Positions 16,881 through 32,110 of a DNA stretch of 51,450 nucleotides are shown one piece after another. The translations under genes and the position numbers were made by a program. This stretch comes from a virus (Duplodnaviria; Heunggongvirae; Uroviricota; Caudoviricetes), in the IMG/VR virus record IMGVR_UViG_2617271050_000002; one strand, given 5' to 3'. The stretch's first letter is position 1. Each line of letters opens with the position of its first letter. The notes under the pieces are model-generated. The model was not told the DNA's origin and searched no databases. It saw only the letters and a list, made by a program, of their open reading frames with translations.

Positions 16881-17159
16881 ATGGCACGCAACGCAAAATA
16901 TTACAATTCTGATAATTCGCCCGTTCTTGCCTGCACGCACGGGCGGTATTCTCACGCATTCAAGTCTGAATGGTTCCAGCACCCTCCATGCACTGCAGAA
17001 CAGGCCGAATGGCTGATTCATTCTTACCGCAGGCGCGGGTTCGAGGTTAAGAAAGCTCTCAGTCTCGACTATCGGCACTGGATAATCTCTGTCAGGCTGC
17101 CTTATTCCGAACGCCCACCACGTGCGTCCCGCACTTTCCAGCAACGGATCTGGAGGTAA
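16881..17159 (+). CDS. Hypothetical protein (92 aa)
   Basis: ORF ending 2 nt before the ydfU GTG start. Confidence 0.35.
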   Translation: MARNAKYYNSDNSPVLACTHGRYSHAFKSEWFQHPPCTAEQAEWLIHSYRRRGFEVKKALSLDYRHWIISVRLPYSERPPRASRTFQQRIWR

Positions 17160-17160
17160 C

Positions 17161-18210
17161 GTGCGGGTATTACTTAGACCTGTTCTGGTGCCTGAGCTTG
17201 GGCTGGTGGTCCTTAAGCCGGGCCGTGAATCCATACAGATATTTCATAATCCTCGAGTGCTGGTGGAACCGGAACCAAAAAGCATGCGTAATCTGCCATC
17301 CGGAGTCGTTCCTGCCGTTCGCCAGCCGCTGGCGGAAGACAAAACATTGCTGCCGTTTTTTAGTAACGAACGGGTGATTCGTGCTGCTGGCGGCGTTGGC
17401 GCATTGTCCGACTGGCTATTACGTCATGTTACATCCTGCCAGTGGCCTAATGGCGATTACCATCACACTGAAACAGTCATTCACCGTTATGGTACCGGCG
17501 CAATGGTGTTGTGCTGGCACTGCGACAACCAACTGCGTGACCAGACATCGGAATCACTGGAGCTGCTTGCTCAACAAAATCTGACAGCATGGGTGATTGA
17601 CGTCATCCGTCACGCAATAAGCGGTACGCAGGAGCGGGAATTATCTTTGGCTGAATTATCCTGGTGGGCGGTCTGCAATCAGGTGGTGGATGCACTACCT
17701 GAGGCTGTATCGCGTCGTTCGCTGGGATTACCAGCGGAAAAAATCTGCTCGGTGTACCGCGAAAGCGACATCGTACCGGGAGAGCAGACCGCCACCAGCA
17801 TATTGAAACAACGCACAAAAAATCTTGCACCGTTGCCTTACGCCCACCAGCAACAAAAATCACCACAGGAAAAGACGGTGGTAAGCATCACCGTTGATCC
17901 AGAGTCTCCGGAATCTTTCATGAAGCTGCCTAAACGTCGCCGCTGGGTTAAGGAGAAATACACACGTTGGGTTAAGACACAGCCGTGTGCTTGCTGCGGT
18001 ATGCCAGCCGACGATCCGCATCATCTGATTGGTCACGGGCAGGGCGGAATGGGAACAAAAGCACATGATCTCTTTGTGTTGCCTTTGTGCAGAAAGCATC
18101 ACAACGAGCTGCATACGGATACAGTGGCATTTGAAGATAAGTATGGCTCCCAACTGGAGCTGATATTTCGTTTTATCGATCGCGCGCTGGCAATTGGCGT
18201 ACTGGCGTAA
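17161..18210 (+). CDS. ydfU: YdfU-like DUF968 protein with C-terminal Cys/His cluster
   Basis: GTG start after a GGAGG RBS gives 349 aa (track ORF starts at an earlier ATG, 17122). C-terminal CACCG...HH...CRKHH motif. Confidence 0.65.
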   Translation: MRVLLRPVLVPELGLVVLKPGRESIQIFHNPRVLVEPEPKSMRNLPSGVVPAVRQPLAEDKTLLPFFSNERVIRAAGGVGALSDWLLRHVTSCQWPNGDYHHTETVIHRYGTGAMVLCWHCDNQLRDQTSESLELLAQQNLTAWVIDVIRHAISGTQERELSLAELSWWAVCNQVVDALPEAVSRRSLGLPAEKICSVYRESDIVPGEQTATSILKQRTKNLAPLPYAHQQQKSPQEKTVVSITVDPESPESFMKLPKRRRWVKEKYTRWVKTQPCACCGMPADDPHHLIGHGQGGMGTKAHDLFVLPLCRKHHNELHTDTVAFEDKYGSQLELIFRFIDRALAIGVLA

Positions 18211-18223
18211 GTGGAGAACGAGC

Positions 18224-18976
18224 ATGAACCTTGAAGCCTTACCAAAATATTACTCCCCAAAATCTCCAAAATTGAGCGATGACGCTCCAGCGACAGGCAC
18301 CGGTTGTTTAACAATTACGGATGTAATGGCAGCGCAGGGGATGGTGCAGTCGAAAGCACCACTTGGGTTGGCCTTATTTCTGGCAAAAGTTGGTGTTCAG
18401 GACCCTCAGTTTGCGATTGAAGGCCTGCTAAATTACGCGATGGCACTGGATAACCCGACATTGAACAAATTGAGTGAAGAAATCCGGTTACAGATTATTC
18501 CTTACCTCGTGAGTTTTGCCTTTGCTGATTACTCCAGGTCTGCGGCAAGTAAGGCTCGCGGTGAGCATTGTTCAGGTACGGGATTTTATAATGTATTGCG
18601 CGAAGTGGTGAAACACTACAGACGCGGGGAATCTGTAATCAAGGAAGAATGGGTGAAGGAACTATGTCAGCATTGCCATGGTAAGGGCGAAGCCAGCACA
18701 GCGTGCAGAGGGTGTAAGGGTAAAGGGATTGTTCTGGATGAAAAAAGAACCCGGTTTCATGGCGTACCGGTATATAAGATTTGTGGGCGTTGTAATGGAA
18801 ACCGGTTTAGTCGTTTACCGACCACGCTGGCACGACGTCATGTCCAGAAGCTGGTACCAGACCTGACCGATTATCAGTGGTATAAGGGGTATGCGGACGT
18901 CATTGGTAAACTGGTAACAAAGTGCTGGCAGGAAGAAGCATACGCGGAAGCGCAATTGAGGAAGGTGACGAGATAA
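18224..18976 (+). CDS. quuQ: Late-gene antitermination protein Q
   Basis: 250 aa from the ATG at 18224; Cys-rich zinc-binding region (CQHCHGKG...CRGCKGKG...CGRCNG); located upstream of a late promoter/terminator module. Confidence 0.8.
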   Translation: MNLEALPKYYSPKSPKLSDDAPATGTGCLTITDVMAAQGMVQSKAPLGLALFLAKVGVQDPQFAIEGLLNYAMALDNPTLNKLSEEIRLQIIPYLVSFAFADYSRSAASKARGEHCSGTGFYNVLREVVKHYRRGESVIKEEWVKELCQHCHGKGEASTACRGCKGKGIVLDEKRTRFHGVPVYKICGRCNGNRFSRLPTTLARRHVQKLVPDLTDYQWYKGYADVIGKLVTKCWQEEAYAEAQLRKVTR

Positions 18977-19008
18977 ATGATTTTTGCTGAAGATGGCGAC
19001 ATGATGTT

Positions 19009-19037
19009 TGCATTTTTCAAAAAATATGGATAAAATT
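19009..19037 (+). promoter_or_regulatory. PR'-like late promoter (TTGCAT-N17-TAAAAT)
   Basis: Near-consensus sigma70 hexamers with 17-bp spacing, 30 bp after the Q stop and ~45 bp before a terminator. Confidence 0.45.
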
Positions 19038-19082
19038 TTTTCAACGATGGGCTTTGTATACCCGACGTTAAGAAAAAGTAGA

Positions 19083-19110
19083 AAACCCGCTGATGAGCGG
19101 GTTTTGTGCT
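19083..19110 (+). terminator. tR'-like intrinsic terminator
   Basis: AAACCCGC-TGATGA-GCGGGTTT hairpin followed by a T-rich tract. Confidence 0.55.
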
Positions 19111-19397
19111 TTAAATGGGGCAATGGTAATGTTGAATCTCATCCCGGGACTCATGTCTGTTAACTTATTATTTAGCTGGTGACTTGGTTATTTGCCTGAT
19201 GTTTAAAATGTTTTCTTCCAGTACAATGTCCCTAAACACAATGAGTCTGCTTATTATATTATTAGCAGAGCTATTACGGCCAAAGTACAGCATAAGCTTT
19301 TAAAGCCAATCAACCAGTCATCAAGACAGACGGGGTTATTCATAAAAACTCTCCATGTGTGATCCGATGGGGCCTGAAATTAAAGCTTTAATATAGC

Positions 19398-19610
19398 TCA
19401 TGAAAGGTAAACATTGGCAGCTGAAGGGCCACGCAGACCATTTATCCGGCAAAATTCCACGCGTAATCCGGTGGTAATTTCTTCTGCATCGCGGAGATTG
19501 AGCGCTGAAACATGAAGCTGGACATCGATACGACCATCGGATGGGGTGATAAGACCCTTGCCGCTTTTGCCGTCAAAGGTTTTGACAATTCCTGTCATTT
19601 TACGGGACAA
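19398..19610 (-). CDS. cspF: Cold-shock protein CspF
   Basis: 70-aa CspA-family protein ([13 protein letters not shown]...). Confidence 0.85.
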
Positions 19611-19910
19611 AAAAATTCCTTAATACTGATAACTTGGCGCACTATACACACGTTCCTGAAGAAAGCTATAGTTTTTTGATGGGGTTGAAGATGGCTGGAT
19701 GTCTAAAATAAACATTGCTTCATATGTTCAACTATGCGTTAATGATTGCGTCGGTTTGAAGAACAGACGATATACGAAGTAGTTTACTAAAGCAGTTCTC
19801 ATTTCAGGTGTTATTCACTTATTCCTTCTTTGAGTCTCTCCAATTAAGTACGAAGTCGTTTCTGTTATGCAAACCATTTATGCCGAAAGGCTCAAGTTAA
19901 GGAATGTAGA

Positions 19911-20126
19911 ATGTCAAATAAAATGACTGGTTTAGTAAAATGGTTTAACGCTGATAAAGGTTTCGGCTTTATTTCTCCTGTTGATGGTAGTAAAGATGTG
20001 TTTGTGCATTTTTCTGCGATTCAGAATGATAATTATCGAACCTTATTTGAAGGTCAAAAGGTTACCTTCTCTATAGAGAGTGGTGCTAAAGGTCCTGCAG
20101 CAGCAAATGTCATCATTACTGATTAA
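19911..20126 (+). CDS. cspB: Cold-shock protein CspB
   Basis: 71-aa CspA-family protein with RNP motifs (KGFGFI, VFVHF). Confidence 0.9.
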   Translation: MSNKMTGLVKWFNADKGFGFISPVDGSKDVFVHFSAIQNDNYRTLFEGQKVTFSIESGAKGPAAANVIITD

Positions 20127-20408
20127 AATTCATCGCTCGTCTGTATACGATAACGAAGAAGGCTGATGCCTGAGTAGAGATACGGACAGAGTAGTGAATA
20201 TTGGATCTCTTTAATAAAAAGTAAGGAGGTCCAATACATGAAACAATGGCTAGCATATTTGGCAAAATATTAATCAGGAAAAGTATGCTAACCATTGTGG
20301 TGAAGTGCAGGTTTGCTGCATGAATAGTTTTACAGCAGAAGCTAACTGCTGGCATGGCAAAACAAAGTGCGTAAGTGGATGACTCCCACAAAAAGCACCA
20401 CAATCTCA

Positions 20409-20433
20409 AACCCGCTCAGGCGGGTTTTTTATT
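20409..20433 (+). terminator. Intrinsic terminator downstream of cspB
   Basis: AACCCGC-TCAG-GCGGGTT hairpin followed by TTTTTT. Confidence 0.55.
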
Positions 20434-20489
20434 ATCTGCTTTAAATATATTATTAAAATATAAAAAATACTTGTTACTAATAAAATCAA

Positions 20490-20660
20490 TCAGGCTACAG
20501 CTTTAAGATTTGTCTGGAATACTTTGTTGCAATGAGGGCAGATCAAAAGGGCACCTTTTTGTACTCTTGAAAAACTGTGTTCTGACTCTTGGGTGCAGTT
20601 TGGGCAGGAACATTTAACGAGATAATTACGGCGTGATTTTGAGTTTTTACGTTCTGACAT
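20490..20660 (-). CDS. Small zinc-ribbon protein (CxCxxC...CxxC), YmcF/YnfQ-like, 56 aa
   Basis: Internal start MSERKNSK... of track ORF 20490..20711, with an AGGAAAAG RBS. Four cysteines in a zinc-ribbon arrangement. Confidence 0.45.
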   Translation of the reverse strand: MSERKNSKSRRNYLVKCSCPNCTQESEHSFSRVQKGALLICPHCNKVFQTNLKAVA

Positions 20661-20879
20661 AGGCTTTTCCTGTATAAATGGCCGTATACAGTACACTAAA
20701 TATGAAAACATTTCTCGTATTATTATTTTATATATGACTTTCTTTCAAAATAATTACCCACATTTTTAATGTGTATGTTTTTTTAGCGCCGTTGAGAACA
20801 ACGTGTGCTGTCAAAACTACCCCGTAGACTCCGATCTTTTCAAACATATTGCACCATCCGTGTACATCGGGGTGAGGAT

Positions 20880-21095
20880 ATGAAATCAATGGATAAGTTA
20901 ACAACAGGTGTTGCCTATGGCACATCGGCGGGTAATGCTGGTTTCTGGGCATTGCAGTTACTCGATAAAGTAACTCCGTCACAGTGGGCTGCAATCGGTG
21001 TGCTGGGTAGCCTGGTTTTTGGCCTGCTGACGTATCTGACAAATCTTTATTTCAAGATTAAAGAAGACAGGCGTAAGGCTGCGAGAGGAGAGTAA
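20880..21095 (+). CDS. essQ: Holin (lambdoid S-like, EssD/EssQ type, 71 aa)
   Basis: Begins [14 protein letters not shown]..., hydrophobic core and charged C-terminus; first gene of the lysis cassette. Confidence 0.85.
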   Translation: MKSMDKLTTGVAYGTSAGNAGFWALQLLDKVTPSQWAAIGVLGSLVFGLLTYLTNLYFKIKEDRRKAARGE

Positions 21096-21099
21096 TCCA

Positions 21100-21407
21100 A
21101 TGACTCAAGACTATGAACTGGTTGTGAAAGGAGTCCGTAATTTTGAGAATAAAGTTACGGTAACTGTAGCCTTACAGGACAAAGAACGCTTTGACGGTGA
21201 AATTTTTGACCTGGATGTCGCCATGGACCGTGTTGAAGGAGCTGCGCTGGAGTTTTATGAGGCAGCAGCCAGAAGGAGCGTCCGGCAAGTCTTCCTGGAA
21301 GTAGCAGAAAAATTGTCAGAAAAAGTTGAGTCTTATCTGCAGCATCAGTACTCCTTTAAGATTGAAAATCCTGCCAATAAGCACGAGCGTCCTCATCATA
21401 AATATCT

Positions 21408-21411
<4 letters not shown>
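21100..21411 (+). CDS. ydfR: YdfR-like protein (103 aa)
   Basis: 103-aa ORF between holin and endolysin, as in Qin. Confidence 0.6.
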
Positions 21412-22435
<1,024 letters not shown>

Positions 22436-22797
22436 GGTAATATTAAATCGGAACATTTACATCGCGGAATGTAAAATTTAAATAAAAAGGACTCTTCCAT
22501 GAGCCAAAATTCCTGAAATCTTAAGGGTAAGATAAAAGGTCTTAATCAGAATGACACGTTTTATTAATAAATAAAGCTATTCTTTCATTGCTGTGTTTTT
22601 CTTTACAAAAGTAATCCTTGCTATGGGTGGTTAATCATGCGTTAATGGTGTTCTGGTTTGTTACAAATTTATCTGAAGCAGTCATTGTTATAATTTTATT
22701 ATTTGTACCTCTTGAGATTTCCTTGTTGGTTTTTCTCTCTGATATTTTTTTTCGGACCATTCTGCCCAAGGGCTAATTTCTTCAAAAGGTAATAATT

Positions 22798-23010
22798 ATG
22801 TCTAACAAAATGACTGGTTTAGTGAAATGGTTTAACCCTGAAAAAGGTTTTGGTTTCATCACGCCGAAAGATGGCAGCAAAGATGTGTTTGTCCATTTCT
22901 CAGCAATTCAGAGCAACGATTTCAAAACATTAACTGAGAATCAGGAAGTTGAATTTGGTATTGAGAACGGACCTAAAGGTCCTGCCGCTGTTCATGTAGT
23001 GGCGCTTTGA
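22798..23010 (+). CDS. cspI: Cold-shock protein CspI
   Basis: 70-aa CspA-family protein. Confidence 0.9.
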   Translation: MSNKMTGLVKWFNPEKGFGFITPKDGSKDVFVHFSAIQSNDFKTLTENQEVEFGIENGPKGPAAVHVVAL

Positions 23011-23281
23011 GGTAGACAATATTACAAACCATATTCACTTTAGATGCCCGTGTTGTCATGGTTCCCAGTATAGAACATCATCTTTTGATGTTTCTGACAT
23101 GAATCCTTTCGGGGCAAAATGTATCTTTTGTAAATCAATGATGATTACATTTGATAATATTTCACAATACTTAAATGCCAGCCGTCTGTCGTTGGATTTA
23201 AAAAAGTGAAAATGAAGGCTCCTTCGGGAGCTTTTTTGCTTGGTGTCTATTCGATGGATACTCACATACTACGGTAACATC

Positions 23282-23512
23282 ATGAAAAAAATCATAGTTT
23301 TTTTTAACTCTGAACCAGCAGTGGTAGTGCCAGCGATGACTGGAGTTAACACCATCATGCGTGAATATCCAAATGGCGAAAAAACACACCTTACTGTAAT
23401 GGCCGCAGGGTTTCCATCTCTGACCGGAGATCATAAAGTCATTTATGTAGCCGCGGATCGACATGTTACTTCAGAAGAAATTCTGGAAGCAGCAATAAGG
23501 CTCTTGAGTTGA
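23282..23512 (+). CDS. Hypothetical small protein (76 aa)
   Basis: Internal start MKKIIVFFNSE... of track ORF 23240..23512. Confidence 0.35.
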   Translation: MKKIIVFFNSEPAVVVPAMTGVNTIMREYPNGEKTHLTVMAAGFPSLTGDHKVIYVAADRHVTSEEILEAAIRLLS

Positions 23513-23680
23513 TTTGATGCTATTGCATTGATAATTCAGGAAAATTCTCTTTGTCTGTTTGTGTAAAATTTAGACTATCGTATGTTGATTATTGCGATGT
23601 TTCATCTTATCTTTTACACGTTTGCACCATATAATCGACTTACTGTGTAACTGGAAAGTCATAACAGACTAAAAGAGGAA

Positions 23681-23857
23681 ATGATGAATATTGAAAACTT
23701 AAAAACAAAAGCAGAAGCAGATATTTCTGAATATATAACAAAAAAAATTATTGAACTTAAGAAAAAGACCGGGAAAGAAGTTACCAGTATTCAGTTTACC
23801 GCACGGGAAAAAATGACGGGTCTTGAAAGCTATGATGTCAAGATTAATTTAATCTGA
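23681..23857 (+). CDS. gnsB: GnsB-like protein (58 aa)
   Basis: Hand-translated MMNIENLKTKAEADISEYITKKIIELKKKTGKEVTSIQFTAREKMTGLESYDVKINLI, resembling recalled GnsA/GnsB; below the track threshold. Confidence 0.65.
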   Translation: MMNIENLKTKAEADISEYITKKIIELKKKTGKEVTSIQFTAREKMTGLESYDVKINLI

Positions 23858-24008
23858 TGTATTCAATAATAAAATTTATCCATAAACCTCGTTTTTACGG
23901 GGTTTTGTTATATTTGAATGGTTCCGAATATCTAAATCACAATTGTTGATGGTTTTTATTAAACCAATGCAGTCCGGCTCAGGAGTGAGAGAAGCCGGAC
24001 GTTATGGT

Positions 24009-24419
24009 TTAGCGTGGTAAGATCTGTGTAGTTTTCTGGATGCTTTCAGTAAATAGTAATGAATTATCAAAGGTATAGTAATATCTTTTTTGTTCGTGGA
24101 TATTTGTAACCCACCGAAAAACTCCTGCTTTAGCAAGGTTTCTTCTGTATTCCTGAAATGTGATCTCTCTGGATTTCAGCTTATTAGAGGTCGTTTCTAT
24201 AAGATGCCTATCCTTTGAAAATTTGACAGACACAATGTTTTTTAGGCCCTTTAATAACACTGTATTATCATTTTTTAATACAATATGAACATTCTCTGTG
24301 GCTAAATAGTAAATGTAATGTGAGACATTGTGACGTTTTAGCTCAGAATAAAACCATTGATAGTTTAAATCGTTTCGAACTTTATCAAATATTTGTTTAA
24401 AAATGACTACCTGATCCAT
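24009..24419 (-). CDS. ydfO: YdfO-like DUF1398 protein (136 aa)
   Basis: Internal start [12 protein letters not shown]... of track ORF 24009..24434; matches recalled YdfO. Confidence 0.6.
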
Positions 24420-24476
24420 AGATAAACCTTCCATGTGATATGAGGGGGCGTAGTCTGCACGATTATCTAAATTGCT

Positions 24477-24710
24477 TCAATCTGGTCTGACCTGTTTTCT
24501 GAGCAATTCAGTAATGTCACTCTTTTCTTTGTTTGCTTCAGAAGAAACTCTTTTTTCTGAGCACAGTCTCCGGCGGCAGGCTTCAATGACCCAGGCTGAG
24601 AAATTCCCGGACCCTTTTTGCTCAAGAGCGATGTTAATTTGTTCAATCATTTGGTTAGGAAAGCGGATGTTGCGGGTTGTTGTTCTGCGGGTTCTGTTCT
24701 TCGTTGACAT
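24477..24710 (-). CDS. Small basic protein, possible ribbon-helix-helix DNA binder (YnfO-like, 77 aa)
   Basis: Basic N-terminus followed by an IRFPNQMIEQINIAL strand-helix pattern; sits immediately upstream of ydfO. Confidence 0.45.
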   Translation of the reverse strand: MSTKNRTRRTTTRNIRFPNQMIEQINIALEQKGSGNFSAWVIEACRRRLCSEKRVSSEANKEKSDITELLRKQVRPD

Positions 24711-24879
24711 GAGGTTGCCCCGTATTCAGTGTCGCTGATTTGTATTGTCTGAAGTTGTTTTTACGTTAAGTTGATGCAGATCAATTAATACGATACCTGC
24801 GTCATAATTGATTATTTGACGTGGTTTGATGGCCTCCACGCACGTTGTGATATGTAGATGATAATCATTATCACTTTAC

Positions 24880-25095
24880 GGGTCCTTTCCGGTGATCCGA
24901 CAGGTTACGGGGCGGCGACCTCGCGGGTTTTCGCTATTTATGAAAATTTTCCGGTTTAAGGCATTTCCGTTCTTCTTCGTCGTAACTTAATGTTTTTATT
25001 TAAAATACCCCCTGAAAAGAAAGGAAACGACAGGTGCTGAAAACGAGCTTTTGGGCCTCTGTCGTTTCCTTTCTCTGTTTTTGGCCGTGGAATGA
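24880..25095 (+). other. cos site (cosQ-cosN-cosB) of lambda type
   Basis: cosN GGGCGGCGACCT at 24910-24921, followed by CGCGGGTTTTCGCTATTTATGAAAATTTTCCGGTTTAAGG... as I recall for the lambda left end; lies directly upstream of Nu1. Confidence 0.8.
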
Positions 25096-25098
25096 ACA

Positions 25099-25618
25099 AT
25101 GGAAGTCAACAAAAAGCAGCTGGCTGACATTTTCGGTGCGAGTATCCGTACCATTCAGAACTGGCAGGAACAGGGAATGCCCGTTCTGCGAGGCGGTGGC
25201 AAGGGTAATGAGGTGCTTTATGACTCTGCCGCCGTTATAAGATGGTATGCCGAAAGGGATGCTGAAATTGAGAACGAAAAGCTGCGCCGGGAAGTTGAAG
25301 AACTGCGGCAGGCCAGCGAGACAGATCTCCAGCCAGGGACTATTGAGTACGAACGCCATCGACTTACGCGTGCGCAGGCCGACGCACAGGAGCTGAAAAA
25401 TGCCAGAGACTCCGCTGAAGTGGTGGAAACCGCATTCTGTACTTTCGTGCTGTCGCGGATCGCAGGTGAAATTGCCAGTATTCTCGACGGGATCCCCCTG
25501 TCGGTGCAGCGGCGTTTTCCGGAACTGGAAAACCGACATGTTGATTTCCTGAAACGGGATATCATCAAAGCCATGAACAAAGCAGCCGCGCTGGATGAAC
25601 TGATACCGGGGTTGCTGA

Positions 25619-25644
<26 letters not shown>
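25099..25644 (+). CDS. nu1: Terminase small subunit Nu1
   Basis: 181 aa, near-identical to lambda Nu1 as recalled (MEVNKKQLADIFGASIRTIQNWQEQGMPV...). Confidence 0.95.
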
Positions 25645-29325
<3,681 letters not shown>

Positions 29326-29345
<20 letters not shown>

Positions 29346-30645
29346 TCTCCCGCATATTGCCAGCATGGCCTTTAATGAGCCGCTGATGCTTGAACCCGCC
29401 TATGCGCGGGTTTTCTTTTGTGCGCTTGCAGGCCAGCTAGGGATCAGCCGCCTGACGGATGCGGTGTCCGGCGACAGCCTGACTGCCCAGGAGGCACCCG
29501 CGACGCTGGCGTTAGCCGGTGATGGTGACGGACCACGACAGGCCCGCAGTTATCAGGTCATGAACGGCATCGCCGTGCTGCCGGTGTCCGGTACGCTGGT
29601 CAGCCGGACGCGGGCGCTGCAGCCTTATTCGGGGATGACCGGTTACAACGGCATTATCGCCCGTCTGCAACAGGCTGCCAGTGACCCGATGGTGGACGGC
29701 ATTCTGCTCGATATGGACACGCCCGGTGGAATGGTGGCAGGGGCATTTGACTGCGCTGACATCATCGCCCGTGTGCGTGACATAAAACCTGTATGGGCGC
29801 TGGCCAACGACATGAACTGCAGTGCAGGTCAGCTGCTTGCCAGCGCCGCCTCCCGGCGTCTGGTCACGCAGACCGCCCGGACAGGCTCCATCGGCGTCAT
29901 GATGGCTCACAGTAATTACGGTGCTGCGCTGGAGAAACAGGGCGTGGAAATCACGCTGATTTACAGCGGCAGCCATAAGGTGGATGGCAACCCCTACAGC
30001 CATCTTCCGGATGACGTCCGGGAGACACTGCAGTCCCGGATGGATGCAACCCGCCAGATGTTTGCGCAGAAGGTGTCGGCATATACCGGCCTGTCCGTGC
30101 AGGCTGTGCTGGATACCGAGGCTGCAGTGTACAGCGGTCAGGAGGCCATTGATGCCGGACTGGCTGATGAACTTGTTAACAGCACCGATGCGATCACCGT
30201 CATGCGTGATGCACTGGATGCACGTAAATCCCGTCTCTCAGGAGGGCGAATGACCAAAGAGACTCAATCAACAACTGTTTCAGCCACCGCTTCGCAGGCT
30301 GACGTTACTGACGTGGTGCAAGCGACGGAGGGCGAAAACGCCAGCGCGGCGCAGCCGGACGTGAACGCGCAGATCACCGCAGCGGTTGCGGCAGAAAACA
30401 GCCGCATTATGGGGATCCTCAACTGTGAGGAGGCTCACGGACGCGAAGAACAGGCGCGCGTTCTGGCAGAAACCCCCGGAATGACCGTGGAAACGGCCCG
30501 CCGCATTCTGGCCGCAGCACCACAGAGTGCACAGGCGCGCAGTGACACTGCGCTGGATCGTCTGATGCAGGGTGCACCGGCACCACTGGCTGCAGGTAAC
30601 CCGGCATCTGATGCCGTTAACGATTTGCTGAACACACCAGTGTAA
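29326..30645 (+). CDS. C: Head maturation protease / minor capsid protein C (ClpP-like)
   Basis: GTG start after an AGGAGG RBS gives 439 aa beginning MTAELRNLPHIASMAFNEPLM as in lambda gpC; the track ORF starts at an upstream ATG (29191) inside B. Confidence 0.9.
30040..30645 (+). CDS. nu3: Scaffolding protein Nu3 (in-frame internal start within C)
   Basis: An ATG at 30040 lies in the C frame 606 nt before the shared stop, matching the lambda Nu3 nested arrangement. Confidence 0.6.
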   Translation: MDATRQMFAQKVSAYTGLSVQAVLDTEAAVYSGQEAIDAGLADELVNSTDAITVMRDALDARKSRLSGGRMTKETQSTTVSATASQADVTDVVQATEGENASAAQPDVNAQITAAVAAENSRIMGILNCEEAHGREEQARVLAETPGMTVETARRILAAAPQSAQARSDTALDRLMQGAPAPLAAGNPASDAVNDLLNTPV

Positions 30646-30654
30646 GGGATGTTT

Positions 30655-30987
30655 ATGACGAGCAAAGAAACCTTTACCCATTACCAGCCGCTGGGCAACA
30701 GTGATCCGGCTCATACCGCAACCGCGCCCGGCGGATTGAGTGCGAAAGCGCCTGCAATGACTCCGCTGATGCCGGATACCGCCACCCGTAAGCTGGTTGC
30801 GTGGGATGGCACCACCGACGGTGCTGCCGTTGGCATTCTGGCTGTTGCAGCTGACCAGACCAGCACCACGCTGACGTTCTACAAGTCCGGCACGTTCCGT
30901 TATGAGGATGTGCTCTGGCCGGAGGCTGCCAGCGACGAGACGAAAAAACGGACCGCGTTTGCCGGAACGGCAATCAGCATCGTTTAA
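30655..30987 (+). CDS. D: Head decoration protein D
   Basis: 110 aa starting [12 protein letters not shown]...; lambda gpD-like. Confidence 0.9.
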   Translation: MTSKETFTHYQPLGNSDPAHTATAPGGLSAKAPAMTPLMPDTATRKLVAWDGTTDGAAVGILAVAADQTSTTLTFYKSGTFRYEDVLWPEAASDETKKRTAFAGTAISIV

Positions 30988-31008
30988 CTTTCCCCTTCAT
31001 CACTAAAG

Positions 31009-31029
31009 GCCGCCTGTGCGGCTTTTTTT
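31009..31029 (+). terminator. Hairpin plus T-tract between D and E (partial terminator/attenuator)
   Basis: GCCGC-CTGT-GCGGC stem followed by TTTTTTT. Confidence 0.4.
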
Positions 31030-31043
31030 ACGGGATTTTTTTT

Positions 31044-32069
31044 ATGTCGATGTACACAACCGCCCAGCTGCTGGCGGCAAATGAGCAGAAATTTAAGTTT
31101 GATCCGCTGTTTCTGCGTCTCTTTTTCCGTGAGAGCTATCCCTTCACCACGGAGAAAGTCTATCTCTCACAAATTCCGGGACTGGTAAACATGGCGCTGT
31201 ACGTTTCGCCGATTGTTTCCGGTGAGGTTATCCGTTCCCGTGGCGGATCCACCTCTGAATTTACGCCGGGATATGTCAAACCCAAGCATGAGGTGAATCC
31301 GCAGATGACCCTGCGTCGCCTGCCGGATGAAGATCCGCAGAATCTGGCGGACCCGGCTTACCGCCGCCGTCGCATCATCATGCAGAACATGCGTGACGAA
31401 GAGCTGGCCATTGCTCAGGTCGAAGAGATGCAGGCCGTTTCTGCCGTGCTTAAGGGCAAATACACCATGACCGGTGAAGCCTTCGATCCGGTTGAGGTGG
31501 ATATGGGCCGCAGTGCGGCGAATAACATCACGCAGTCCGGCGGCACGGAGTGGAGCAAGCGTGACAAGTCCACGTATGACCCGACCGACGATATCGAAGC
31601 CTACGCGCTGAACGCCAGCGGTGTGGTGAATATCATCGTGTTTGATCCGAAAGGCTGGGCGCTGTTCCGTTCCTTCAAAGCCGTCAAGGAGAAGCTGGAT
31701 ACCCGTCGTGGCTCTAATTCCGAGCTGGAGACAGCGGTGAAAGACCTGGGTAAAGCGGTGTCCTATAAGGGGATGTATGGCGATGTTGCCATCGTCGTGT
31801 ATTCCGGACAGTACGTGGAAAACGGCGTCAAAAAGAACTTCCTGCCGGACAACACGATGGTGCTGGGGAACACTCAGGCACGCGGTCTGCGTACCTATGG
31901 CTGTATTCAGGATGCGGACGCACAGCGCGAAGGCATTAACGCCTCTGCCCGTTACCCGAAAAACTGGGTGACCACCGGCGATCCGGCGCGTGAGTTCACC
32001 ATGATTCAGTCAGCACCGCTGATGCTGCTGGCTGACCCTGATGAGTTCGTGTCCGTACAACTGGCGTAA
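31044..32069 (+). CDS. E: Major capsid protein E
   Basis: 341 aa; lambda gpE-like. Confidence 0.95.
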   Translation: MSMYTTAQLLAANEQKFKFDPLFLRLFFRESYPFTTEKVYLSQIPGLVNMALYVSPIVSGEVIRSRGGSTSEFTPGYVKPKHEVNPQMTLRRLPDEDPQNLADPAYRRRRIIMQNMRDEELAIAQVEEMQAVSAVLKGKYTMTGEAFDPVEVDMGRSAANNITQSGGTEWSKRDKSTYDPTDDIEAYALNASGVVNIIVFDPKGWALFRSFKAVKEKLDTRRGSNSELETAVKDLGKAVSYKGMYGDVAIVVYSGQYVENGVKKNFLPDNTMVLGNTQARGLRTYGCIQDADAQREGINASARYPKNWVTTGDPAREFTMIQSAPLMLLADPDEFVSVQLA

Positions 32070-32110
32070 TCGTGGCCCTTCGGGGCCATTTTCTCTCTGT
32101 GGAGGAGTCC

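Noticed and set aside
18977-19397. Possible tRNA genes downstream of Q, as in some lambdoid prophages
   Set aside because: No cloverleaf-compatible sequence and no GTTCGAATC-like T-arm motif; the region is A/T-rich intergenic DNA with a promoter and terminator.
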